From contig NC_092670.1 of NCBI RefSeq assembly GCF_964355755.1, forward strand, positions 36,940,388 to 37,004,387: a stretch of DNA of 64,000 nt. The letters are read 5' to 3'. A program made the translations under genes and the position numbers. Source of the stretch: Antedon mediterranea. Lineage: Eukaryota; Animalia; Echinodermata. The notes under the pieces are model-generated. The model searched no databases. It saw only the letters and a list, made by a program, of their open reading frames with translations, and was not told the origin of the DNA. Each line of letters opens with the position of its first letter. Positions within the stretch are counted from its first letter, which is position 1. Of the stretch, positions 37,053 through 49,300 are shown in pieces.

Positions 37053-39164
37053 TTTAAATGTGGTGGTCATCATCATGTTATGATCATTCCCTATAGGGAT
37101 TTGGCTTGGTGTAGGAACAGGTGCAGAGTAAATCATCATCCTTGCTTGTTGACTTTTGCACAGTGTTGGTGGTAGGATTGCACTTGCTAGCTTGCTATGC
37201 ATCATTTAACTTGAGAGGATAAGAAATATTTAATGATAAAGGCAAGAGTAAGCATAAAGTAACCAACTTCGACGTTGACATAACCAATTATTAGTTTGTT
37301 TGAATTTCTGATCTGAAAGAATTGATAAAAACACCCTCAACTTTGAAATGTTTCATCATGTTTTGAACTCCTTAAAAAAAAGACCAAAGAAAAAAATAAT
37401 GCTTACTATACTTATATGCAGATTGGTATTTCATTTATTTAACATTTTGATACAGCCATAAAAAATTAAAATTATCTATAGACGAAATAGAATTAATAAA
37501 TGCTTTTTTTTCTCTCAAGTTCTTCTATAGTAAGAATTCTACTATCACGGTTATAGGCGTACTTTTGTACTTTTGTAATCTCGCACTACTTTTCTGTTTT
37601 CAACCCATTCTTTATAACTTAGAAATCCTACATGGAAATCTCCTTCACACACAGTTACTGAATATTTTAGAATAGTAAGGCAAAGTTATATTCTGAGAAT
37701 AATTTTATTTTTGATAGATAAGTATTTGAAATATATACTCAGGAGTGATTTATTCTAAAGTTGTCAATAATTGAATGGTATAATTTTATGTTTTATTATG
37801 TCAAGTTTTAGTACCAAGCCTAAAGTGAGGACTTGTGGTAGTTTTAAGAAATTGTTCTGAGGTAAAAAATGTTTGGTATAACAATAACTTTTTCGGTGGT
37901 GGTTATATACTGTAAGAAAGACAATTTTTTGTATAACCAACCATACAGTATAACATTGTACAAAATGGTAATGGGATAAGTATAACTGAATGTTCCATTT
38001 ATTGTTTACAGATGGTCACCACAAGGATATTCTTTATATGTTAAGTTCTGTTTACACTATTAAACTACAAAACAACAAAACAAAAGTGTGCCCAAATATG
38101 GTAGTGATATGCATAAATATGGTAATGATATGACATCATCATGTCTATATATGGACACATCACATAAGGTTTGATAGTGTAGACAGAGCTTTAAAAAATG
38201 TTAAAACATGCAGAAGAATGTAAGATACAGGCTAATATATCCTTATTCAGCATTAGGCCTATAAAGTAAAATTAATAATGTTTATAGGCAAACACAAAAT
38301 TAGTAAATAAGTCGATAGGTTTTCTAACTTTAAAGGTATTTTTTCTCAAGTTTAACTAAAAATCAAAGTACTACACGGTATATGAATATTTTTAATAAAA
38401 TTTATGTAAATAAATGTTAGTTTTAATTATTATGTGCAGTTAAAACTTCAATTCACCCCTGCGTTTATATATATATATATATATATATATTTAAAAACAT
38501 TACAATCCAAAAAAAAAAGAGTTAGTTTCCACTATGATGCAACGCAAGGACGTACGCGCAACGCAAGTAATTTGACCAATCACAACTGAGTGTTTGATGA
38601 TCCGTCGCTTGTGATTGGGAACCAATCTTAGAAAGTTAAGCGCCATATATACATATAAAAAACTAAATAAGAAATAAAACACACGAATACATTATTTTTT
38701 TTTTAATCTTGCCGACCGTAAATCACAAAACATTGCGCAGGGAAGGAATTGATAAAAAAAAATAATATAAATTTAACCATGGATTAACGAATAGAATTTA
38801 ACCAAATTCAACTCTATAGTTTCCGGGACAGCGCTAATTGTGGAATTTTATTTCGTTTTTAGTATAAATCTACTGTGTATTGTTTATAGGGGGCGACATA
38901 CTTGAAAAAAATGACTCTGGATTACGACTACCTACATTTGTCGTATTCGATTGGGAACTTTCGTTGTCAATGTAAAGATTCGTTGAGTACTTTTTGTATT
39001 CGAATTGTAAATTTGTGCTCAACAGAAAGTCATTCGAATAGAAAACGTTGACAACGAAAGCTTTTTCGTTAAGAACAATCTCAACGCTCAAAATACTCCG
39101 TTAAAGAAGTACTCAACGGAAAAACTACTCAACGGTCGGTACACTCGAATATTGACTACACCTA

Positions 39165-39330
39165 CTGTACCTTATCATCTGCCATTTGGCAGGTCCGTGA
39201 CAGTCTTCTTTCTCCATACTTTAGTGCTTCTTCTTTTAGTTCCGAATATGTATTTTTATTTTTTAATTTATCAAGCATAGAAATACTTTTTCTTTCTCTT
39301 CTTGTTTTTACCTTTGCTGTGAATTGAATT
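39165..39330 (-). mobile_element. Degraded 3' end of an RTE-type LINE
   Basis: The translation SMLDKLKNKNTYSELKEEA..R..TCQMAD resembles RTE ORF C-termini. Motif recognition only. Confidence 0.5.
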
Positions 39331-39933
39331 GTAAAAGGCGGGTAACTGTCCCTTGTTATCTGGGCACGACGATGATTAATTTTGTCGTATGAATGCTGAA
39401 CCCACAAATCTCCCCTTTTAACAACATTTTATGCCCTCCAAGAATCTTTCAGTACCCGTATTTTACTTGGTTCTAAACTGTATTTACAGATATATTTTTG
39501 TAACATTTTTAATTGAATATGGTAATAATAGTTGTTCCATGTAATAGAGATTACTTTGACCAAAAATAATTAACCTGAAAAAGCTGTAAAAAGTCAAAAA
39601 TTGAATGCCAGCAAATGTGTTTTTCCAAGAAGTTACAGTAACAGCTGTAATTGGTCTATTGTCTCAAAATTGTAAGCGGGCATTGGATGTGGCTCCTTAG
39701 GGATCCCCTTATGAATATGCATAATAATACAGACATAGACAGTCACATAGATTAAATAGGTTATGCCAGTTCTTTGGCTAATAAATGTTAGCTTTATGAA
39801 TCTGGAGCCCTCAGTTTGCAACCCTTCGACTCTATTGGTTTTTATTGCAACTGCATTGCAACCATCATAGTTATAATAATAATAATATAACAATACAATA
39901 GCAATATCATCAGTACCACTATTTAATCGCCTA

Positions 39934-40223
39934 AAGGCCCATTTACACTAGGACGACAACGATCGACGATAAATTGACAAATATTTTTTATACATAAAAC
40001 AAACGAAATATAAAAACTATAGGATAATCATTTATGCTGTCTTTGATGAAAATTATATTTTCACACGTCCAATCAAATGACGTCGATTGGAATTTAAAAA
40101 ATATTATTTTTATCAAAGACGGCATAAATGATTATCCTATAGTTCTAGAACGAAAACCATTCTAATTTCTTTTGTTTTATGTAAAAAACGATTGATCGTT
40201 ATCGTCCTATTGTAAATGGGCCT
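39934..40223. mobile_element. Palindromic Harbinger-like MITE
   Basis: aggcccatttaca..aggacga TIRs plus a long internal inverted repeat (aactataggataatcatttatgc..tctttgat), with taa flanks. Confidence 0.75.
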
Positions 40224-41184
40224 TAAGCCGGGATTTCCCTATTTGTTTCAATGTATTGTAGCTATGTAGCACTAGCACCAAACTACAATATACATATAAA
40301 ATATCGGTGCCTTGATTAGTCGACATTGTGAAATGCATCATGTATCCATGGCAACATTCGAGGTGCTCAAATCATAATTAAGATGGCACAGCACGTGACC
40401 GTTTTATATAATTCAAAATCTTTTCTTAAACAAACTATACATCGTGTAAGTTTACACTGGACGCTGTCTTAAGTGTATTGATTCTTGTCTTCTCTTTTCA
40501 AGACATTTTTATTGTTAATTTCCGTTCGAAGTGACTACATCATATTAGAGTATCGTGTTTGGAAGCGTACTGTAAATAATGTATTATTACTAGACAACGA
40601 ATGATATTTCAAGGATTTACTATTCTGTATACCATAATTACATTACAACCCCTAAGTTACACCACCAGGTTATAACATCTTATACAGCGATAGACAAGTT
40701 ACATAATGATGATGAAGGATGCACACATTGTCTTACAAATTCAGGTATGTTATTTTTACGAGATAATAATAATTAATATAATTATATTAAAGTAGACACT
40801 CTATTAACCATGGAGCTGTGAATTGACTTATTTAATCCATGATTAGACATATTTTGGATTGCACAAAGTGTCCACTTGAACAGGGTGGACTGTAGTATTA
40901 GTAAGGCCAATTTTCACAGACGAGCGGTAAGAGTAAGCAGAAAACTGCGTAGCGTGTCCCACGTAGAATCTATCCTGAGCGGAAACCGCCCATCCGCTCC
41001 TCGTTGTATGTAAATGGTCATAAGTCTAGTTTTTTTTATAGATTCCACCAAGCAGTGATAATTGAGATATCTACCATCAAATTGTACTACCACCGTAATT
41101 TTTAGATAGATTAAAAAGAAAACGTAATAGAACCAATCTTTTCTAACTGTTCTTTTCCATTCGCAGGCTTTTTGATATCTAACC

Positions 41185-42159
41185 ATGACGAGTAACATGA
41201 GTTCGTCCGGCAGCGATGCTACAACGGCCGCCCATATCCAAGCATTTCTCTTATCGATCATTTCTATCGGTGGTAGCCTCGGGAATGGCATTGTATTGGT
41301 TGCAATGAGTAGAACCGCCAAACTTCGGAACTGCACCAACATCTTCATAGGCAGCCTAGCCGTTTCAGACATGATCAATTGTTTAACATTACCGTGGAAC
41401 ATCGTTGCTGTATTGTCCGTAGATCATTGGCCTCTGCCGAGTGCCATCTGCCTGATGTCGTCACTGGTACTAATAACATGTACCATCGCCAGTGTATACT
41501 CTTTAGCATCCGTTGCGTACGTCCGATACATTGTCGTTACAAAACCATCAGGAAAAATTGATAAATTTGTAAATAGTAAAATAACAATGATACTTATAAC
41601 ATCAACGTGGTTAATGTCGTTAGCAACGGCACTTTCGCCGATTGTTTTTGAAATCGTTGAGCTTGGATTCGATAGTAAGTATCACATATGCCTTTGGGAC
41701 ACGAACTCGCCAGGCCATATCGTTTTTTCTTGTATCTTCGCAATGGTCTTAATCCCGGTACCTCTATTTAGTATGACGTATTATTACTTGGCAATTTTTC
41801 TATTCATTAGAAAAGAAGCGGAAAAGATCAACACGCAGCGGTCAACGTTGCATTTGACGACGCCGCCGTGTCAGCTGCAGAACGGTGTTTCTATTTCTAA
41901 CGTGCGCAAACGAAACATAGACGTGACTAAAAATCTTTTTATTGTTGTTCTGGCGTTTGTAATATGCTCAATACCTCACAGTTTAGCCATAATCATACCC
42001 GGTACAGCAGCTATCATACCCTACACTGCGATTATATTCAATTGCTCGGGATGTATAAATCCTTTGATATACGCTAGAAAGTTTCCAGAATATCGACGCG
42101 TCATTAGCAAAATGTTCGGTTTTAAAGTAAATACAGTTCACGATATCTCGTGTAGCTGA
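41185..42159 (+). CDS. Intronless class A (rhodopsin-like) GPCR, orphan (melatonin-receptor/GPR84-like architecture)
   Basis: 324 aa with seven hydrophobic segments: GN (TM1), LAVSD (TM2), VRY at the DRY position, W (TM4), CSIP (TM6), NPLIY (TM7). A splice acceptor lies just upstream (41166). Confidence 0.92.
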   Translation: MTSNMSSSGSDATTAAHIQAFLLSIISIGGSLGNGIVLVAMSRTAKLRNCTNIFIGSLAVSDMINCLTLPWNIVAVLSVDHWPLPSAICLMSSLVLITCTIASVYSLASVAYVRYIVVTKPSGKIDKFVNSKITMILITSTWLMSLATALSPIVFEIVELGFDSKYHICLWDTNSPGHIVFSCIFAMVLIPVPLFSMTYYYLAIFLFIRKEAEKINTQRSTLHLTTPPCQLQNGVSISNVRKRNIDVTKNLFIVVLAFVICSIPHSLAIIIPGTAAIIPYTAIIFNCSGCINPLIYARKFPEYRRVISKMFGFKVNTVHDISCS

Positions 42160-42967
42160 GAAAACTTATAAATTAAGAAATACAGTTTAAATTGTTTAAA
42201 GAATTTTAATTGCATACGAATTTTGAAAGATATTATATTGAAAGAAAAATGTTTGCACCAGAAATAGGCCTATTTGGTGATTTTTTTTTTATTGCATTGT
42301 ACTGATTACCTTTTGGTGTATTTCACAATAATTTATAGTTATTTTATTTTTCGTAGCACCAGCATCAATAAAGTTCAATATGATAAACATTTCATCTTTT
42401 TTTATGTGTTACATGGACAAGACATGTTTCAATTTCTTAAATATAATTGTGTTCGTAATAAGCCAACCGGATTATGTAATCTTTTGCTATTTCTATGGTA
42501 ACATCTCCAAGAATAACACTCTATACTAAAAAAAATGTTGATTAATCTTATCGATTGTAAATCTTATCCTTCGAACAATAACGAGACAATGTATAAGATA
42601 TAAATTATAGATTGAACATTACCGTAGTTATAAACCATTGTATCTAAACCTGTCCCTTTGTAAGGATGTAAACTAATTACAGAAAAGAGACATTTGCGCA
42701 ACGGATGAAACTCTAGATGAAAATCGAACTGTTTGTCTTTTCTCGTAATTATGAAATGGTTGGAACGATGACAGACGTGGTTACTAGTCTTTTAGTCTGA
42801 GTTCCAGACAAAGTTTTGACTTAATATTAGTAAAAAGATAAATATTTTGGCACGGATTTTTTTCTACAAAAGCAGAATACCGAATTTTTGATACACTAAG
42901 ATGTAACTAATCTAAATACAAGGAAGTCAAATAATATTATACTTTCCCTATCCTTTGATCGTATACT

Positions 42968-43265
42968 ACGTGCAATAGATCTAATATTGCATGACACAAA
43001 ATTAATCAAGTAACAAGTTTACACTGAGGTGTGAGTAATAAAATGAATATTTTATTAGGTTTTGAACGTGCAATAGATCTAATATTGAATGGCACAAAAT
43101 TAATCAAAATGGTAAGTTTACACTCAGGTGCCAGTAATATAAATGAATATTTTAGGTTTTAAACGTGCAATAGATCTAATATTGAATGGCACGAAATAAA
43201 TCAAATAGTAAATTTACACTCAGGTGTGAATAATATAAAAGACTATTTTCATTAGGTTTTGAACG
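42968..43265. repeat. Three diverged tandem copies of a ~97-bp unit
   Basis: acgtgcaatagatctaatattg..tttacact.aggtg recurs at about 42968, 43066 and 43163. Confidence 0.8.
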
Positions 43266-46200
43266 AACATTTTCGTGATCTTCGTGATGTTACCGACGAA
43301 ATGAAGACGTGTTTAATTACAAAAACAGGTTTAGATAATGACACAATGGTAAAGAACATCATACAGATCTATTGTTGTGTTTTCTTAGAGCCATCCTACA
43401 CACAATTAATGATAGTGCAGGTAATGATACACGCTATTGTTCATCATTTGATTAAAACCTTATACACCAAGTTTGTTATCGTGCACTTCTTGTTTGTTGT
43501 CAATATTGAAAGCAAAATGCAAGTAATATGAAATGTAAATTAATAGATATGGATACATATCATTTGTCAATCGGTTTGTATGAACGAAACCTGTTTCATA
43601 TTGTTCAACAACATAAATCGTACCGTATTGTTAAACTCTTTTGTGTATAAAATTTTTGTTAATAATAATCACCTTATTAATAAATATATTGGCGAAGGTA
43701 AACTGTATGTTTAAATTATATGTGTTCGTGTTAGTCGTCAGCGGATATAAACTATACGCTACTTATATACATAATAATTCTTTTTGCTTAAAAAAAACAC
43801 AAAACAACCATAATATTTCAATCATTTATTCAATTCATGGAATGACTATTTTCCTTTAAAAATCTGTACATTTACGTAATAACCTCCAATTAAACTGCTG
43901 ACTGTACTTTAAAAGAACAAACATTTGCACGTCAACCTAGAATAACTTACTAAATTGTGCTAACAAGTGGACATTGATAATTTGGGTTGGATAGCAGTGA
44001 ATGGAGCAATATACATAGTTTTAAAGCAACTTCAATTATTATCTGTATTTTCTTAGGTCAGTCCCGGAAGCCTGGTTGCACATGTGTTCGTTGGGTAGTT
44101 TTAGACGTCATTTCCCGTGGTTTTCACTATAGGACGCAATCCAAGTGATTTGACCAATTGACAGTTCGGAAGATCCGTCGCGTCGTGATTGGTCAAATTA
44201 CTAGCGGTGCGTTTACGTTGCGTATAAGTGGGAAACCAAGCCTTACGAGATATTGGCATGGATATGTTTAATTTTTTTCCAGTAGAATTTATAAGGATAC
44301 CAAGAACAGCGTACAGTAGTAACCACATTACATGTTTTAGTAAGGTCTTTTAATTTAAGAGGAATTCTAGTACTAGTAGCTATAGCCTATTATACTTACC
44401 CAAGCCTATACAACTGTTCTAAATTTGATTTTAACCATTTCAATTTATCTTCCACATGTTATTGTAACTAACAGCATAGTAATTCGTTAACAATATATGA
44501 TAATGAGATTAGCTGGACCTGTAACTTAATTTAGGAAAGGAAAAAACACCGCTATAAAACATTTAAAACGGTTTCTCTCAATAGATGATGAATATTTTTT
44601 ACCTTTCTTTGATAGTACAGTATAGTAATAGTATTCGTTCGTTGAATTATAATGCTTTTAACACTTAAATACGTAAATTATTTAAAAATCCCTTAAATAT
44701 AACATATCACACAAATATACAGACTTTAAAAGTTTATGTAAACACTAGTAATGTTTGATGCTATAAACGAGACAAAATTTGTACAGAAATACACACAACA
44801 AAAAAACAATTTCAGTATAGTTTCTACTATGAATCAATCCTTATCAAATCTAACACTATGGCTATAAAATATTTGCTAAAACTGTAAATACAAAAAATAT
44901 GACCTTTATCAAATCTATGTTTTATGAATATTAAATATATATTTTAAAACATTTGTTTGTACCAAAAAGTTTGAATATTTTTAATTATCATAACCTGTAA
45001 CGGTTATAATTCATAAACATTTATAAATGTTTTAAGCTGATGATTATAATTAGCTAAGGATAAGTTATTATAGTAAATATGCTTTTAAAAGGTTATAAAC
45101 AAGTGGAAACATTATTATTTATAATTGCGCAATCGTGTAAAATGCGTCGGAAAGCACGCTTTAAAATAATAAATATAAATACATCGGGTAATGTAAGTGG
45201 ATGGAACAAGACAGGTGACATTAAGAAAATTCGCAATCATACCGAGGGAAAAAAAAGCGACACTGCCTGTAATGACGTCATATGCGTCAAGGTAATTGCG
45301 CATTGGGCCTACATATCTAGCGCAATGACTTGGTTATGACGATGCGAATGTTTCATTGGTATATAGAAAAAAAATAAAAATAAATAAAATATGTATAGAT
45401 ATATGCCTTGAAGTAGCAAACAATAATTACATGTTATCGAACAAAACAGACGGTGTAGGGTTATATTCACTAGATTGCGAATGTTCTCTTTTGGGGGATA
45501 AATGATTTAAAAAATAAGTATAATGGTGATTAATCCATAAACATAACTTTCAGGCAGGAATGAACTGACTCTATAAGCTGTGGGGGAAGGGGAAGAATTG
45601 CCTCGCGGTGCTTTATTCCTTCGATCATTTAGCGTGAAGGTAGGCCTACGATAAATCATGCGGACGATCTTTATATGACGGACACGTCTCTGGATGAATG
45701 CTAGAAATGAAAAAAAAAATATGGATAAATCAGAAAGGTAAAAAATGGGTTAAAAACAAATAATTATTACACCGTTAGAAAATAATGACCAACTGAAAAA
45801 AAAAATAGTTAAATTAAACGTGGAATGAGTGGGATTTCCAGGAAAACGTTGCTTCCCAGTGGATGTGCCAGGGGTTAAATTCGCCGGCAAAGCTGACAAA
45901 GCAATTTGAATCGATTGAATACTTAACACCACTTATTTTGGTGAAAAATGTACTAATATTATAGTATGTTTTAGCGTAACTTATTTACAAATAATTTTAT
46001 CTGGCATTATTCATATTAATCAATTTCGGTGTCGCATTTGAGAAAACTAATGATGATTTTTATTCGATTGAAATTATACAACTTATTTTGGTGCAAAATG
46101 TGCTAATATTATAGTAAGTTTTAGCTTTATTACAAATAATTTCATCTGCCATTGAATTCATATTAATCAATTTCGATGTCGCATTTGAAAAAAAAAATAA

Positions 46201-46310
46201 TGATTTTAGGCAGCAGTGTTGTCCACGTCTAGCAAGATGTAAGGTTCGGTTTATAATATATGTTGAGTGCATAATTATAGTGCTGTCATTAAATAACGAC
46301 TATCGTCCTA

Positions 46311-49300
46311 TTATGGAATTCTCCAGCAGTTCGTTGTGTCTCTGTCTGATACAAAACCTGTCATTGAATTCGTTGAAGAAGAAGATTTTACCTGGATAAA
46401 CAAATCATGACAAAAACCACCGGTAATAATAAAAAAACAATTACATTTACAATTGTTTCCTTGAGATTTCGAAACACAATTGTAAAGAATAAAAATAATA
46501 TCAACTAGTCTTTAGATTCAAGGTAAGCTTGAGGACAATAATAAATATCAATATTAATAATAATAATATCCTGGATTTATATAGCGGCTAATGTTGTGAA
46601 ACCTCTAAGCCCTGAACATTATTACCCCAGTCATTTTTTCCTGATCAAACACGTAGGGAAACATACTCCCATAATGCAGCTAGTAATCAGCGCAAAGTTG
46701 TGTGTCTTGATCTAACTGGGTTCCCATTTATACACCATGGGTGGAGAGAAGCAAACGTCTGTAAAGTATCTTGCCTAAGGATACAGGCAATGCAGCGAGA
46801 GGATTAAAACCACGATCTCACGATCAGTAGTCGAACTCACTGCGACACACACCCTTACATTTACCTTAGTAACTTTTGGTTCAATTAGACATCTACCAGG
46901 ATTTAGCTAACTTAATATCCAAAACGATATCTATCATTATGATTTATTAGTCCACTTTATATTTTTCAATGACAATAAACATTATTTTTTTTCAAATTTA
47001 ATAGAAAGATATTACATTTTTTTTTTTAAACTACAATCATACGTTTTATATTCATCTGTTTTTCATTATATTTTTCTATTATATCAACCAACGGCGATAA
47101 TTTCGCCCATAAAACGATTGATACCGTAACCTATTGTATTATTTGTATACTATAAAATATATTATTGACAATAAAAGACAATGCAGAATGAACTACCGTG
47201 TGTGCGCGATAATTTCTCATGGAGACTATAAAACTAAATAAAATATTTAAAAATAATACCTTTACAGCTGTGCACAGTATTGGGGGCGGCATTCCCTCGT
47301 CCATTAGCCGCTGTTCAACATTCGAGTCTGTCGGTATTCTGTATCTAGGCAATAAATATAATCATTATCATAATTATATAAGTGACGTAATCAAAATTGT
47401 AAAATCGCTATAAATATGACGTTATCATCAAAGTTCATCATGATTGTGATTTCAAGCATGGATTAATCCATGTTTCAAGCAGTTTGATTACGAAAAGAAA
47501 CGTTTGAACGGGCATCAAAATGTGTGTCTCTTCACGTCTTTTAAAGCTTGGTTCTCACTTATAGGACGTAATAACGTTTATATGTCGTAGTGGGAACCAA
47601 GCTGTAGATGACGTCATTGAGGATTTGCGATACTTTGATTTAAAAAAATACTGACAAAGACGCCCTCACCTCTCGTGGTATTGAAAATCATGGTCTGCTG
47701 TCCGTTTATTAAATTTTCGCGCCAACCGTATCTTCTGCTCTCTCGTTGGTTCAAATAAACTAGAAATAAACACCCATAAACGTACGTTATTAACTCATGT
47801 ACCATTACATTTCGACTTGTAAAAAAACAGATTTAAATAGATTTAATCCTATGCGGTATTGTTATTTGCGTCTAGGCCTCGCTTGTATCTCCGGATTTAT
47901 TTATTTACTTATTATTTAATGTCTTTAGGCAATGTGGCCAAAGATTACCAATTAAATTAATGAGTGTCCTATCAGATAGGTGGTAATCCCCCTATGCGTG
48001 TCTATATAAGTTTAAACATAATAACGAGATTTACTAAAACTTTAGCTCATTATTAAAACATGAAATGTTATAGTTTAATGGTCTCTTTTTAAAGGAGATA
48101 TTGGTGCTTTTCGTACTTCGTAAATCCAAGTTTGGTAAATAGATAATTATTACAGTTATCGATCATTTATGTTCGGGAGTATTCCCACTTGTTTTTGTCT
48201 TACCTCAACATATTCCTTTCATGCTTGGTCCTACGAAAGAAAGGAAACAATTGAAAGTTAAAATTAGCGCATGCGCAACGTCTTACTACCGTCATTTCAT
48301 TACCCGTTTGAATATGTACGTAACAGTAAGGAATTCTGATAGATTTACTGAATCTTAGCATGAATATTATATACCATGGAAAAACTTATTTATTTCTTCA
48401 TAATTATATTGTGAGTCAACCTATTTTGTATTACAAAACAAGGACGTTTTCGACTGTAATTTGAGGCTCAATTACAACGCTACACAAAAATGCAGCATTA
48501 CGTTTGGATCTTGTCAACAACGGAATCCAGCTGGGTAAGTACGGTTGTAATTCTATTCGAAATCTGGAGTTATTTCTTCAGAATGGTAGGCCTACTAGGT
48601 ATGTTAAAAGCAGGTTTATTTAGGTGATGTTTAGAGCTTTAAAAACAGTTACTTACTGAAGTCTGTTTCTTTTTTGTAGTCGTCTGAAAAGTTTTTAAAA
48701 AATAACGTGCTTTGTTAAATAATGTTAGTTAAATAATGTACTGTAAATTAATACAAAAACGTGCGCTGATGATAATTAAGCTCGCGTTTATGGAAATCAC
48801 TCAACTACAAAATAGAGGCGATCTGTATACATTTTATTCTCACTGTTATTACATCAGAAAATTATAGAGATGGAGATGATTTAAATATGTATCTGTAATT
48901 CTACGATAAACTTTTCACGAGTAAAAGTGAGCCCCCTATCATCATATATACTCACTTGCTGTTAGGTGGCGTATTAACTTTGTATTAATATTAAAAATAT
49001 AAATCATTTATATTTTAAAATGTGTTAAGTATACTATTCTGTTGTTTAATTGCATTAAAAAATAGAGGCGACCTTTATAAATGTTGTTATCACTGTTACT
49101 ACATCAGAAATCATAAATAAACATACAGACTTGATTTTAAAGAATGTATCTGAATGTCTACACCGTGTAAAAGTGAGCCCCCTATCAGCATAATACACTC
49201 AAGTGCTGATAGGTGGCGTATTAACTTTGTACTTAATATTTGAATAAGTGTGCATTACAGTACTTTTCTATGGTCTAATTCCATATGTTAAAAATGGATG

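Noticed and set aside
40802-40848. catgga...ttaatccatg as a third P-like footprint
   Set aside because: The flanks (tattaac, attagac) are not identical and the left stub matches only 6 nt, so it could be chance or too decayed to call.
45645-45891. Possible extra ADAM cytoplasmic exons (ALPANLTPG.. and IHPETCP..)
   Set aside because: Phases can be made to fit but the donors are weak and there is no conserved motif. Left out pending RNA evidence.
48360-48534. Exon-like + strand segment ending in a strong gtaagt donor
   Set aside because: The ATG-initiated frames stop early and I found no partner exons. It could be a non-coding exon, but the sequence alone cannot support it.
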